Source: the human T2T-CHM13v2.0 reference genome, Homo sapiens. Taken from it: DNA of 64,000 bases. The notes under the pieces were generated by a model. The model was not told the DNA's origin and made no database searches. It worked only from the letters and a program-made list of their open reading frames with translations. The stretch's first letter is position 1, and each line of letters starts with the position of its first letter. Of this stretch, positions 45,420-62,539 are shown piece by piece. The stretch lies in the NCBI RefSeq assembly GCF_009914755.1, contig NC_060934.1; one strand, 5' to 3'. Position numbers and translations under genes: made by a program.

Positions 45420-47390
45420 AGATTTATTTCCTCTGCCTCTGGAAGTCTCGTTAGTCATACATAAAATACAGGTTACACACAGGATCAAGAGAGAAGGTTG
45501 ACAGAGATGATTTTTAATAAATGCTGGGTCATAAAAAGTAGATAAAGGAGTGGTAAATAACACAGAAGCACAACTTTGGTCCCTACAGAAAGCAACTGGA
45601 AGAGAAGCAAGCCAGTTTGTCTTGTAGAACTAAAGGCAGGCTGTGAATTTACAGGCAAATGGAACTTTGGAAAGTAGGGTAAAACATAAAACAAAAGCCA
45701 GCAAGGTCAGAAAATCTGTGGTTAGAACTCCAAGGCCACCTGTCGACCCATCTGATAAGAAACTTAGATGTGTGTTCTCTGGATATACCAAACCTGAGAA
45801 TTTCTAGGTTCAGAAATACCACGGCGTAAAACTGAGATATAAAGAAAACTGTACACCAAAAATAGAACTCCAACTTGCTTCCCTAATTCTGCTTTTGGAA
45901 AGCAAGTAGCCATTCTTTTACTTCCCAGGAAGAAAATTGGGAGATCCTTTCTCAGAAGAAACTGAACTGGCTCGAATAAAGATCCCCAGATAATACACTG
46001 AAGTCCCACAAATGAAAAGCTAGTTTGGCTTCCAAAACCTCACACTGAGTGCCACCAGTTAACAGAAGTCCTGCTTCCAAATAAAGCCAGGGACCACCAC
46101 ACATTGGAGGGAAGCCTCCAACAAGAGACATCAAAACAACAGAAAAAAGGGATTCATGGGACCAGTCAAAATCAGGAGCAAAACTTACAAAAAAAATCTG
46201 AAAACACTCTGAAAAAGATATAAAATTCAATAGAAATGTTAGAGTAAAAAGTCACAGAAACTGAAAAATCGAAGGGGAAAAATTAAAAACCACTGCAGGT
46301 ATACTGGTCTAAGCAGCTGAGTGTCTGAATAACAAGACTATCAGAAAAAAAAGAACAGAGAAAATAAAAAAATTCTCAAGAAGAGATAGTCTTCAGACTT
46401 AGTAGCCTCAATAAAATGAAAAGATTCCCACCAAGCTGTTATGAAATTTCAGAATCTCAGTGAGAAAGAAGCTGCTAAAAAGCTTCCACAGAGACATAAA
46501 ACCTGGTTACAAATAATGTATCTCACAATGGCAACAGAGTCAAGAACAACACTGTAATGATTGCACAATTGCAAAATATCTTCAGAACCATAAAGTTTAG
46601 ATTCAACCTAGAAGTTTGCTCTGTATCAAAAAGAAGGGATTTTAAGACTGGCCAGATCCCTAAACATCTCTGCCCAGGAAAATGTGCTCAAGTACAACTA
46701 GTGAGGATAACAGGACAGAAGGAAACAGAATCTAGGACTCAGGTGATCCCACACAAGATGGCAGTTATGTGAGATCCCAAAAGACTTCAAGGAGCTAGCA
46801 CAGAAAAGCAGACATTGAGCATATCTAGGGAAAGCCACTCTGTATTGAACTAGGATGACAAAATGCCAAAGAAAGTTACCCCCCACCCCTGGCAAAAAAA
46901 AAAAAAAAAAGGAATATATGTGTTTTAGCAGATGGAAAGTATATTTGAAAGGCATGTGATAAATGCAGCAACACTTGGGGGGAAAACAGCTGTTAGAAAA
47001 CAGGCAAATGAATATAGTCAGAAAATTAGCTTCAGGCTAAAAAAAAAAAAATGGATGTGAAAGCAAACAGACCAGCCAGGGGCTACTTACTGCATTTGGC
47101 TGGGTAAAGTAACATAGGCTAGGGAAAAAGAGATGATCCAGAAAAAGTGCAGAAATGCTCAGATTTCAGAACTGTTTCAGAGAAAGAATGAAGGACATAT
47201 AATGCAGAGGCACAGTGAAAACATCATATGACTTAGCAGTGAATAGAATTTGCATAGTGATAATCATGTAAATATTAGTGATTTAATTAAAAAGTGTGCT
47301 ACAATTGGAAGAAACAGAGGGAGAAAAATAAGGTCATGGTGTAGTGAGGAAGGTATGCTTTCACCCGCTATGACAAAGTCAATAGACAGT
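45420..47390 (+). mobile_element. Ancient L1M/HAL1-like 5'/ORF1 remnant
   Basis: A-rich, decayed ORF1-like sequence (atgaaatttcagaatctcagtgagaaagaagctgctaaaaagcttcc). Confidence 0.45.
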
Positions 47391-47744
47391 GCTGATAGCT
47401 ATTCTATTTTTGTTATTTGTTACTCTGTATTTGTTACTCTGTATTTGTTATTTTGTTATTTGTTAATTCTTAGCTATTCTATTTTTGTTATTTGATTAAG
47501 AATATGATTAAATATTTAAGGCAGATCTTTGTACCACAACCAGAGTATTGAAATTTAACTTAAATGTCAGAAATTCTTAAAATTTCTAAGCTGAAGACTT
47601 CTCTGAATAAATTTTATACTTAGGAAAATACAAAAAGAGGTCCGTGCTATCACCACAGGGTCCCCACTATAATTTCAAGGAATCAAGAGAGACATATTTT
47701 TATATCAAACTATCAATTTCTTAACCTTTTGACTGTTTACGTAC

Positions 47745-47780
47745 ATGCTTTGCATAGTTGCTTTTTCTTTTTTTCTTGTA
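47745..47780 (-). pseudogene. CCNYL2: Coding exon 3, 36 nt with a +1 frameshift (VQEKRKSNYAKH if 35 nt)
   Basis: ttcttag|TACAAGAAAAAAAGAAAAAGCAACTATGCAAAGCAT|gtacgt. It must join phase 1 to phase 0 (length 3n+2) but is 36 nt. Confidence 0.85.
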
Positions 47781-48595
47781 CTAAGAATGAAAAAGAAAAT
47801 GGTCACTTCTGATAAAAATACCATAAAATAAGAGTAGTAGTTAATGTCTTACTAATTACTCCTAAATGAGGAAAAATTCCATTTAAAAAAATTACTTTCA
47901 ACAATTTATATTTAAATTATCTGGCATGATAAATCTCATAGAGTAAAATCTAATAACTTAGTTTTACTTTTTGACCTAGTTTACTTTTTGTTTCTGTTAC
48001 ACACAAATGAAAGAATCCTTGTGCACAAAAGAAAAGGGCAAAAAAAAAATGGGGACAGATGAAAAAGTTAGCTAATAAAAAATTTAACTGTTGCATATAT
48101 GAGCCATGAGTATTTTCTCATTCTGCATTTACACATAGCTTACTTTATTTGCCAGAATCTGAGAGTTAACAGCTCTAAGAACTACTTTCTGGCCAGGCAC
48201 CTATCTCTGGATGCACCAGAATCCCTGTAAGCATCTCGAACCACACTTAGTGATCATCTACTAATATGTCACTAAAAACAAAACAACTGGAAAGTAACTT
48301 ATCTTAAATTTAAATTTTAAAATGACTATACAAACCTGATTGGACATGGTGTCCGCAGCACAAAAAATCATTTTTTTCTAAAAAAAAAAAAGGCCAGCAT
48401 AATAAAAGCTCCAAGAGGACTTGGGCCATGCTTTGTTTCCTACACCGCCTCCACCTTTGATGCTGGAAGGGCCTTGCAGGCAAACATTCCTACCACTGAA
48501 GAGTGAGGGACATGAAATAGCTTTTGTTTTTACCTCTTCTATGCTCTCTATGTGTGAGAAGCCCATAGCTCTGGAAGGAACTGGGAAAAACAACT

Positions 48596-52440
<3,845 letters not shown>

Positions 52441-53185
52441 AAATTCTAACCAGAAATAACTTACTCAAGACAGGCAAAGTCTACTCAAAACTACAAAAAA
52501 AAAGTTATAAACTCCCATATTTACTGCACTGCATTACTTCCCATATTAATATAGATCCTCACTTGTATTCTTGTTGCTTAAATCAACTGGAAAACTTGGC
52601 TGTGTATGGCTTTTTAGCAAACAAACAAGGATTTAACATAACATTAAGGAAAATAAGCAGAAATAGGGCATGTTTAAATTTACATCAGATGACAAGGTTA
52701 ATGACTTAAAAGTTCCGAGAAGTATAAACTTGGATGTGATAAATGCATGTGATCAGAGGACTGTGCAAGAGGAGGCCAAAATCACAGATTCAATCTCTGT
52801 TGATGAACAACAGTTTTTTTTTTTTTTATTTGTTTAAATGGAAACCAAGCTGAAGCCTAAGTTCTATCTTTAAAATGCACCCTTAGGAGCAAGGAAAAAG
52901 GGGCAAAGAATTATAAATAAAGATAAATCTATGACTCCTCCATCACATGACAAATTGTGTTGATAAAAAGATGGCAAAATGTATAAATAAAAAATTTACA
53001 TGATTTCACTAACACAGTAACAACTAAAAAAAGTATATCACATATTAAAATAAGACAAGCGAATATGTGAAAAGTTCAAAAAATTAAACCAATATGAGTT
53101 TTTCTAAATACTTTCTATAATACATCTGATCAAACAACAAGAGTTTTCGATCTTTTTCTTGGCAGAAAAAACAATGTTGTCTCAC

Positions 53186-53260
53186 CATCTGTTTGAGATT
53201 TTCTCAGGAATATTGTGCTTGCCTTTGGATGGTCAGAAGGGTTGGGCTCCAAAGGTATAT
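53186..53260 (-). pseudogene. CCNYL2: Coding exon 2 (DIPLEPNPSDHPKASTIFLRKSQTD)
   Basis: ctatag|ATATA...GATG|gtgaga; 75 nt, phase 1 to 1; resembles the cyclin Y NPSDHPRASTIFLSKSQTD segment. Confidence 0.93.
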
Positions 53261-53400
53261 CTATAGAGGGAGAGAAGAAAAAAAGATGTGATCATTTATA
53301 AAAATTTATCAACTCATTTATTTGACTGCTGCATTTAGGCTATTTCACTACCTCTACTTTTATCCTTATCCGTTGAAATGAATGTATAGACATAAGATAG

Positions 53401-53545
53401 AGCCAGGCAAGATGGCACAGGCCTGTAGTCCCAGCTCCTCAGGAGGCGGAGATGGGAAAATCACTTGAGCCCAGGTCAGGAATTTGAGGCCAGCATGAGT
53501 AACATGGTGAGAACCTCCTTCATTTAAAAAAAAAAAAAAAAAAAG
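53401..53545 (+). mobile_element. FLAM Alu monomer
   Basis: Left-monomer sequence followed by poly(A). Confidence 0.8.
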
Positions 53546-54157
53546 GTAAATTTGCCTTTAAGTTGTGTAAAATCAACTGCATAGAATAAAACAAGATGGC
53601 AATATGTTTTAAAAGACAGGTCTATTTTATAGGCAAAATATAAGATGTAATCTGGAGTTTTTAAAATTTTAAAAAAGTAAATTCAGCATATCTATCTCTT
53701 CCATGTCATTCTGAGGACACAGAACCTTAGTTCTGTTGAGTAGCTGCCTTCCATAGTCACATGAGATCTCTAAGTCCTCATTTCTTCATTAGCAAAATGT
53801 AGGGAGAACACATATAGGCCTTTATTTGTATTGCAAAGAGCCAAATGAGACATACATAAACTGTGCTGTAATCCTAAAGAATGACAATAAAGAGCCTTTT
53901 TTGGGCTCTCATCCAACACTACCCGTCTATTAACTGGTGTGTAAAATCACTCAGAGGCTTTCCTTACACCACCAAGTGGAGTATGTTTACACAAGTACTT
54001 ACATGCTTTGTGTATAAAAGTATAATGAATTAATTCACATATTTGTTTAAATTCTTTAATATCTTGAAAAGCGAGTATAGTACTCCAAGTTACAAAGTCA
54101 CACATCATGAGTCTTAATTATTCTACCTCTGAAAAAAATAAAAGCCCAACCAAAGTT

Positions 54158-54433
54158 GTTATTTTTTTGTTTTTTTTTTGTTTTTCACTTTAAGTTCTGG
54201 GATACATGTGCAGAACATGCAGGTTTGTTACATAAGTATACATGTCCCATGGTGGTTTGCTGCAACTATTAACCCATAATCAAGGTTTTAAGCCTCACAT
54301 GCATGAGGCATTTGTCCTAATGCTCTCCCTCCCTTTGCCCCCCACCCCCGATGGGCCCCAGTGTGTGATGTTCCTTTCCTTGTGTCCATGTGTTCTCATT
54401 GTTCTTTTTGTTTAGGATTGTCTTGGCTACACG
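54158..54433 (-). mobile_element. Short L1PA7/8-like insertion
   Basis: L1 3'UTR with a T tail; 16-bp TSD aagcccaa(c/t)caaagtt at 54142-54157 / 54434-54449. Confidence 0.9.
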
Positions 54434-55625
54434 AAGCCCAATCAAAGTTTAAATAGAAGAGCTATAAGACATTTCCTCTACAGTAATAAATCTCTGGCAT
54501 TTAAATGAAACCAAAGAGCCAGTGGATTTAATATCTTTATGATACAATGTTTTCTATTTGGAAAAATTTAGTTTTTATTCAAGAACCATATTGTTACTCA
54601 GAATTCTTTTTACTTAGATTCACCTCTTTGCAAAAGTTTAGAGGCAAACCAACTAAGTGTTTTCTCTTTTCTACCCCCTCCCATCCCCCGCCTCTCCCAG
54701 CAGTGTAGAGACTGAAAAACTCTTAAGTTTCTTATCTTTGAACAAGATGTTATTGTCAGGAGGGGGAAGGACAAAGGGGAAGCCATGGCAACAAACACTC
54801 TTACACAGGCAAGGTCTGACATTTTAACCTTCAATCTTTATATTACACATTCAAAGTCTACGTTTACGTTTTATGTCTTTTGAAAGTTTTGACCACGAAT
54901 CATCCCCACCTCTCTTTTAGAACGAGGAGGTAAATAATGTCTGTTAAGTCGCCAGAATAAATCTGCAGACACATTTTGTGTTAAAGTAAGAATTTTAAAG
55001 TAATCAGAGCCTCATAGGTACACTCCTTTGGGGGAACCCCCCCACACCCATTTTTCTGCAGCCCTAGCCATGACATTTCACACCTTTCCCAATTATTTTA
55101 AGCACCCTCCATTTTCTTTCCTTCTGTGTTCAACTTAGTTAGAAGAAACTAAGCAGCTTCTATCCAGGTGACTTAAAGCAACCCATATAGTCTCTCCTAT
55201 GGCAACCTGCATTCTGATTTTAAATAAGAAATCCCCAAATATTTCAGTATGAATTGTCCTGAGATTTGGCTACTTTAACAAAGGAAACAATTAGGCACTT
55301 ACCTGGTTCCTTCACTTAGGTACCACCTGGATAGGTATAAAGAGAATGAGATGGGTACTGGAAAGTTGGGATATTTGAGTTTTTATTGAGAAAAGGGAGA
55401 GAATATTCCAAAGAAGCCTCAACAAAGTCCCACAGGATACTAAATAGAGCTACAGACAAGAACAGCCATAAATAAATGGTCCCATGCCAGAAGGGGAGAA
55501 TGAGATGAGGGAGCAAGAACTGGGAGTTTTGGAGGGAAGGAAAAAATAAACTAACTGGAGTCTTTGGGGAAAGACTAAGGGGTGGGAACGCAAGGCAAGC
55601 CAGGTTTTGTTCCTGGACAGGCCTA

Positions 55626-55973
<348 letters not shown>

Positions 55974-56159
55974 CTACTCCTGTCACCATCTGTGCCTTTG
56001 CTCACAGCTTGGGCCACACACTCCCGCTGCCCTAGGCTGAGGCTATGCTGCACTTGCAGAGATGGTCTTGCCTGCTGCTCGCCTGCCCACTTCACAGCCC
56101 AGGCATGGCCCCAGCTGGGGCTGCGGGCCAAGGCCCGTGCCCTGCTGACTCCCCTGAGT

Positions 56160-56450
56160 TGACTTGTCTGGGAGGGTGAAGACCAGCCGGCTTATTTAAT
56201 AGGTTGTGAACCCAACAAGCGCTGAGACACACAACAACTGCCTGAAGAGAGAACAGATGGAGCTCCTCCTCCTTCTGCAGTCACCTACAGACTGAAGCCC
56301 ACTGGCCCAGGTGGGAGCCCAGGCTTGTGGCTCACAATGCCCCGCCCCACACTTCACAGTGCCCTCCCCGACACCTCACAGTGCCCCACCCTGGCTGCCA
56401 CCCCTCCCCCACAGCTCAAAATGTCCCTGCCTGGGCTGCCCCACCCTGTG
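56160..56450 (-). promoter_or_regulatory. Candidate core promoter
   Basis: TATA-like CCTATTAAATAAG at 56203-56191, about 230 nt upstream of the ATG, and a G-rich tract on the minus strand (56340-56445) including GGGGCGGGGC. Confidence 0.35.
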
Positions 56451-57276
56451 ACTTATGCTGCTGCTGCTCTCCTGGCCCCTCATGCAGTGCCAGTGGGACT
56501 AAGATTTTCATTCATCACCAGCTTCCTGAGCTTTTTAGTCCTAAGAAAAGCATAAGGTGTTTCCTTACTTGAAGCCATCTTCCTCTATGAGTTCTATACA
56601 AACCCTCAGTTAGTAGAGTGGGTCCCATTAGCAACCAAGTTGAACAACTTTTATTTGCTGACTTAATGTAGACACACCTGAATTGTTGACTGCTTTTGTA
56701 ACTAAATATTCCTCTCCTGTCTTCCAATGAGTGGTAGTTTTTGTCTGCAACTTGACCATAGCGGTCCCTGGGGCCCTAGCTCTACTCTCAATAAAGAATT
56801 ATGGCTGTGTGTCTTGAATCACACCTTAGGACCCATCCTGCCTCCACCTCCTTCTCCATAAAATAGAAACCTAACTTGTCCCTCCAAGTTCTGAAATGCT
56901 GAAACTTACCAACTCCCTTTTCTACCCTCTGTTTCTTCCTTCCATGGCAAGGACTTTCAGATTTTCTCTCTTTTACTAAAAAGCATTAAGCATGATTTTG
57001 TCATACAAAATAGAGAGCTGTAAAGTGGGGTACCACAGTCCTAATTCAATAAAGATGAATATTCAATATCTGGCAATCAGTATGTGCCTGACAGTGTTCT
57101 AACTATGCTATGCTCATTTAACCCTCAGAACAATCTCATTTTACAGGTTTTACAGAAGACATTGAAATGGAGAGGTAAGTTATCTCCCCAAGGTCACACG
57201 ACTGCTCAGGCTGGGGCCATGATTTGATCCCAGGTAGTATGAATTCTCCAATTACTCAAGTGTGATTATCAGAAAG

Positions 57277-57649
57277 TGTATTGGTCCATTTTCACCCTGC
57301 TATAAAGAAATACCTAAGGTTGAGTAATTTATAAAGGAAAGAGGCTTCATTGACTCTTGTTCTACATGGCTGGGGAGGCCTCAGGAAACTTACGATCACA
57401 GTGGAAAAGGAAGCAGGCACTTCTTACATGGTGGCAGGCCAGAGAGCGTGAGCGTGTGAAGGAGCAACTGTCAAACACGTATAAAATCATCAGATCTCGT
57501 GAGAACTCACTCACTATTATGAGAACAGCGTGGGGAAAACTGTCCCCATGATCCAGTCATCTCCCACTGGGTCCCTCCCTCAACACGTGGGGATTATGGG
57601 ATTACAGTTCAAGATGAGATTTGGGTGGGGACATGCCCAAACCATATCA
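57277..57649 (-). mobile_element. MSTA/THE1-type MaLR solo LTR
   Basis: tgtattggtccatttt...ccaaaccatatca, with an exact 5-bp TSD GAAAG at 57272-57276 / 57650-57654. Confidence 0.92.
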
Positions 57650-57822
57650 GAAAGTAAAGGTAGAAGTCAAGCTTGGAGGGAAAGTGACATAGTAGATTAG
57701 TACATTTTTAAAAGAAAAACCTTTTTTTGATGTGGATTTTAAAATGCCTCCCCTTCATTCAACATTGATTAAGTCCCTTCTACATGCCAGGCACTGTATG
57801 TGTGAAACAGTCCTTTCACATC

Positions 57823-58115
<293 letters not shown>

Positions 58116-60430
58116 AAAACAGTCCTAACTCTTAATGCTCATAGGCAGATACAAAAACAAAGGCTTAAGGAGTTCAGTTGTCTGAGACCACACTGCTGGA
58201 CAGGGTATAAACCTGGGATACAGACTCACCTCTATTTGACCCCAAATTTGATGCTGGGATGGTTTTAATTTTATTCTGAAAATTTGAGTCACTGAACCAT
58301 ACAAAGGTGAAGAGTCTCTGTCAGATGTGGGTATAGTGGTCTGTATAATAAGAAAGGACTGAAGGAAGTAACAAGACCAATTAAGAGACTTTATCTAAAA
58401 GAAGAATAATGATAAAGGCAGTGGCAGTGACAAAAGTCGAGGAAAAATTTTCCGATCATTTCAGAGATGGAATAGGAAGTGTGTGGTCAAGAGATGTGAA
58501 AGAAGAGGGGAAGTAGAGGGAAAACAGAGCTGCTCAGGCTCTGCTGGGGAAGACTGGGTATGTAGCAGTGCCTTCCTCCTGGCAGAGAATGTAGGAAGTG
58601 AAATAGGTAAGGAGGAAAAGATAGTTTTTTATTCTCAGTGTCACATAAAATGGAATTCTATGGTCAAAAGTTGAATATAAATCTCTGTAGGCTAAGTTCA
58701 TTTGTGACATCCCAACATATGTTTTCAAAAATAACACACATACTAAATCAAACCATTAAGAGTAACTGGGGAAATTTTCTAAAATTTCCATGCTAATAAT
58801 ATCACCATTTTTCATTTATTACTTTCATGGAGCAATTCTGAATCTATGGTTATAGCAAATGAGGCACCTTGTATAAAATAAAGCTACTACATGAAACAAA
58901 ACATTTAAAATTCTATTGTCCTCAGAGAATAGAGAATGCAACTGAAGCCATGGTCATGGAAGTGATTACCTTGAGAAGTTGTGTACAGTAAGAAGAATTG
59001 GGAGGAAAAAAAACCTGGAGAATAGGGTGATTTCCACGGCATTAAGTGAAGCTTGCCAAAGTGAGCACTGGGAGTCAAGAGACCTGCATATAAATCAGGA
59101 ATGGCTGCCTCTGTAAGTCATTAGAAAGGAGATGATGTCTGCTTTTCATTTCTATAACAGCAGCACCTAACACAGTGCCTGGTCAATAGGTACTCAACAT
59201 GTATTATCTCAATGCGCAGAGTCAAATGTTGCCAGGAGGGCAGGAAAGCTACAAATTGGCTATGATAACTTAGTGATTGGGCTTGTGTGTGTGTGAGTGA
59301 GCTGGATGTCAGGTAATGGGTAAAGTATTGAACTGGAGGTGAGAAAACAATGACACAAACTGAGGGCTTCTCTTTCCAAGTATTTGGCTGAGAAGAGAGA
59401 TGTAGGTAGTAGTTAAAGGGTAAATATGGTAAAGAAAGTCTTTTATTCCAAGATTCAACAAAAAGGATGAGTATACTTCTATGTTAAAGGGAAAGAGTCA
59501 ACAGAGAAAATACATTTTTGAGTTTAGAAGAGAAGGAAGAACAAATGCAGAAGGGCCCTCAAAAGGCACAAGTGCATGCAATCTGGATCAGGGCAGATTA
59601 GCTTTGGACTTCTACAAAAGCAAGATGGGAGAAAGGACCATGTCATTCCAGAGATATTTCTGGTAGAGGAAAGGTTTAGGAAGAGATCTTTTGATGACCT
59701 CTATTTTAATAGACTTTTCAAAAAACTACTGTGGGAAAAAGGATGCTATGTATAGAAAAGTCTACAATTCTTGATACATCTAACAACAACAACAAAAAAG
59801 CTTGATACACTAAACAAAACCCAAATAATGTCTTCCCTAAAAGTGGATAACTGGAAAAGCAATTTGAGCATAAACCAAGGAGTTCAATTACCAGTAAGTA
59901 TATCAAAAAAGTGAAACATGGGTTTAATTTTTCCCACAAAGAGTTAAAAGAAGTAACAACAACTTTCGGGGAAGAGGAAAAAAGAAGAAGAAAATTATAT
60001 GAAATTCCAAAATGTGTGAATATTTACAAACTCTAACATAAGTTCACTACAAAAAGGACTAGAAGAATCATCATCATAGGAAGCAATGGGTAATTTCAAA
60101 AATCAGGGAAGAAGGGATGATTCATATGTAATTTAATTTTCTTGAAAATATTTAAGTTCGAGGACAAAAATAGGTGATACATTGAAATGTGGGAAGCCAC
60201 AGTGGCAAAAAAAAGAATTCAAGAAAGTTCAGTTTCAGTAACCAATATCTAGTAAAACCCTCAGGACCTAGTGGCTACAATCTGCGTTAATAGCATCTGA
60301 AGACCTAGAAATATCATTAGATACCATTTTGGATAATTTTTGTTGACTTGAGATGATGTCTATTTAAAGTTACAAAATAGTGCCTGCACTTAACAACAGA
60401 CACACTCAAAAACAGGTATCCATGACTTTA

Positions 60431-60730
60431 CTTTTACTTTTTATTTTTTTGAGACAATCTCACTCTGTCCCCTAGGCTGGAGTGCAGTGGCACAATCTTG
60501 GCTCACTGCAACCTCTGCCTCCTGGGTTCAAGTGATTCTCCTGCCCTCAGCCTCCTGAGTAGCTGAGATTACAGGCACACATCACCATGTCCAGCTAATC
60601 TTTGTATTTTTAGTAGAGACGGGGTTTCACCATGTTGGTCAGGCTGGTCTTGAGCTCCTGACCTCGTGATCTGCCCACCTCGACCTCCCAAAGTGCTGGG
60701 ATTTCAGGCGCGAGCCACTGCACCCGGCCC
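60431..60730 (-). mobile_element. AluS element
   Basis: 19-bp TSD acag(g/a)tatccatgacttta at 60412-60430 / 60731-60749. Confidence 0.95.
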
Positions 60731-62539
60731 ACAGATATCCATGACTTTAAAAAGGAAGAATTTTAAACTCTCTAAACAGGAAAATATTGGGAAGCATTGT
60801 TATGAAAATAGATTTTAAAACATTTTGGTTGAAGACAATATTGAAGTACATTAAGAAAAATCCTATCCTACCATGACATTGGCAAGTCTGAGAGAGCAAA
60901 GAGAAATAAGTTGGAGTACTGTGATTTGAATTAATCAGGAGCTTGATTCTGTGAAATGAGCTGAGACCTTGTTTCTTTATGGCTCCAAAGTAAACTAATT
61001 CATCCATTCATTCAATACCTATTTAGTACCTGAGCCCTTAGCAAACATGCCGCACACTGTATGTAAGTTCTGGGGCTATTGCTTGGACCAACATAAACAA
61101 GGTTCTTATTCTTGTAAAACTTATCTTCCAGTAAGGGAGTTAACAGACCATGTTGCCTGCTTTACCTAGGATGGCTACTGATCTCCAGCTATTGGATCTT
61201 CATTCCAGACAACAGGGTAGAGGGAGTAAAGAAGAAGGAAGGTTTTTTAGAAGGTACTCATAGCACAGTGCTTACAAATTATTGGCTTAAAACTTAGTCA
61301 CAAGACCACACCTAGCTGCAGGGGAGGTTCAAAAGACATAATCATATAGCTAGGGTAATGAATACAGAAGAAACAATTGGATATGGAAAGGAAACTAGCA
61401 TGCCATTCCACAATCTCTAAAGAAAGATTAGGGAAGTTTTGGCTTAAAGCAAGAATAATCACAATAAAATTTTACAATCCTTTGCAAGCATATATGAAAA
61501 CATACAAAAAAGTTTGTAATGATCTTTTCTTAAGCTGAGAGGACAGAAAAAATGAGAAAAATTAAATTATTAAGTGAAACTTTGGTTTAGAGGTAAGAAA
61601 CATTTGATGACAGTCAAGAGATCAGGGTTGTACAGTATATTATGTGAATGTTGTGACTCACTGGTTTCATCTTGGATATCATAACTTGACATTTTGTAAA
61701 AGTCGTTTTTCATGAGAATTTTTCCAGGTGCCCTATAAAGTCCTGTCCCATCAAAAGTGAATAATAATCTTCCATATTCATGAGATATCTTAATGGCATC
61801 TCCTACAGTCTTCCATTGTTTAGTTTAGGTAAACCTGGGAATCACTTTTGGGTATTGTCTCATCCAACTTCTGTTACCCATCCGCAGCATAAGTCATGAA
61901 GGTCTTGGATATTTTGTGCTCTAGCAATTAATTCATCATGAATCCTGGAGTTATTTTCTATTCCAATCATTTGTCCTACTTTGCTTCCCTTAAGCATAAT
62001 GAATTTACCACCATTAACTTCTAAACCATATGGAATTTGTACATGTGATTTGACTTTGTGAGCAAAAATTCTATGGATGTCTTGAAATTTGTGCCTAGTA
62101 TAAAACTTATTTTCAGTAGAGATAATATTTCTGCACTCAGGCAGCTATGTAACTTTCACTGTTATTGCTGGTCGGGCTTTCCAGACATGATGATAACCTC
62201 CTAGGTTCTCTGGAAGAGGGACATATTCTTCAGGATGACATTATAATATTTTGTTAGGTAAAATCTTTTATCTATCTAAATTGATAGTTCCTAATGTCTT
62301 GAGTAACAAGACTAGTACTTTTTATTTTTGTTAGCTCTGTGAGTTAATGTGACCAATGCCTGAGGTTGAGTAATCAGGCCAGTATCAGACTGGTCTTTGC
62401 CAGAACTTTTTGCCTAATACGTTTCTCTATTGTTTTCTACAGGTCACAGGATGTTAACACGGGTTCTAGAATGCAATTTTTAAAAATGTTTTGTGAATGA
62501 CTAGCAACATGGTAATTTAATTTTCAAATATAATTTACA

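Noticed and set aside
47741-47780. Frame rescue through the alternative GT donor 4 nt downstream, exon-3 skipping or a -1 frameshift at A AAA AAG
   Set aside because: A 40-nt exon, exon skipping and a -1 shift all leave exon 4 out of frame.
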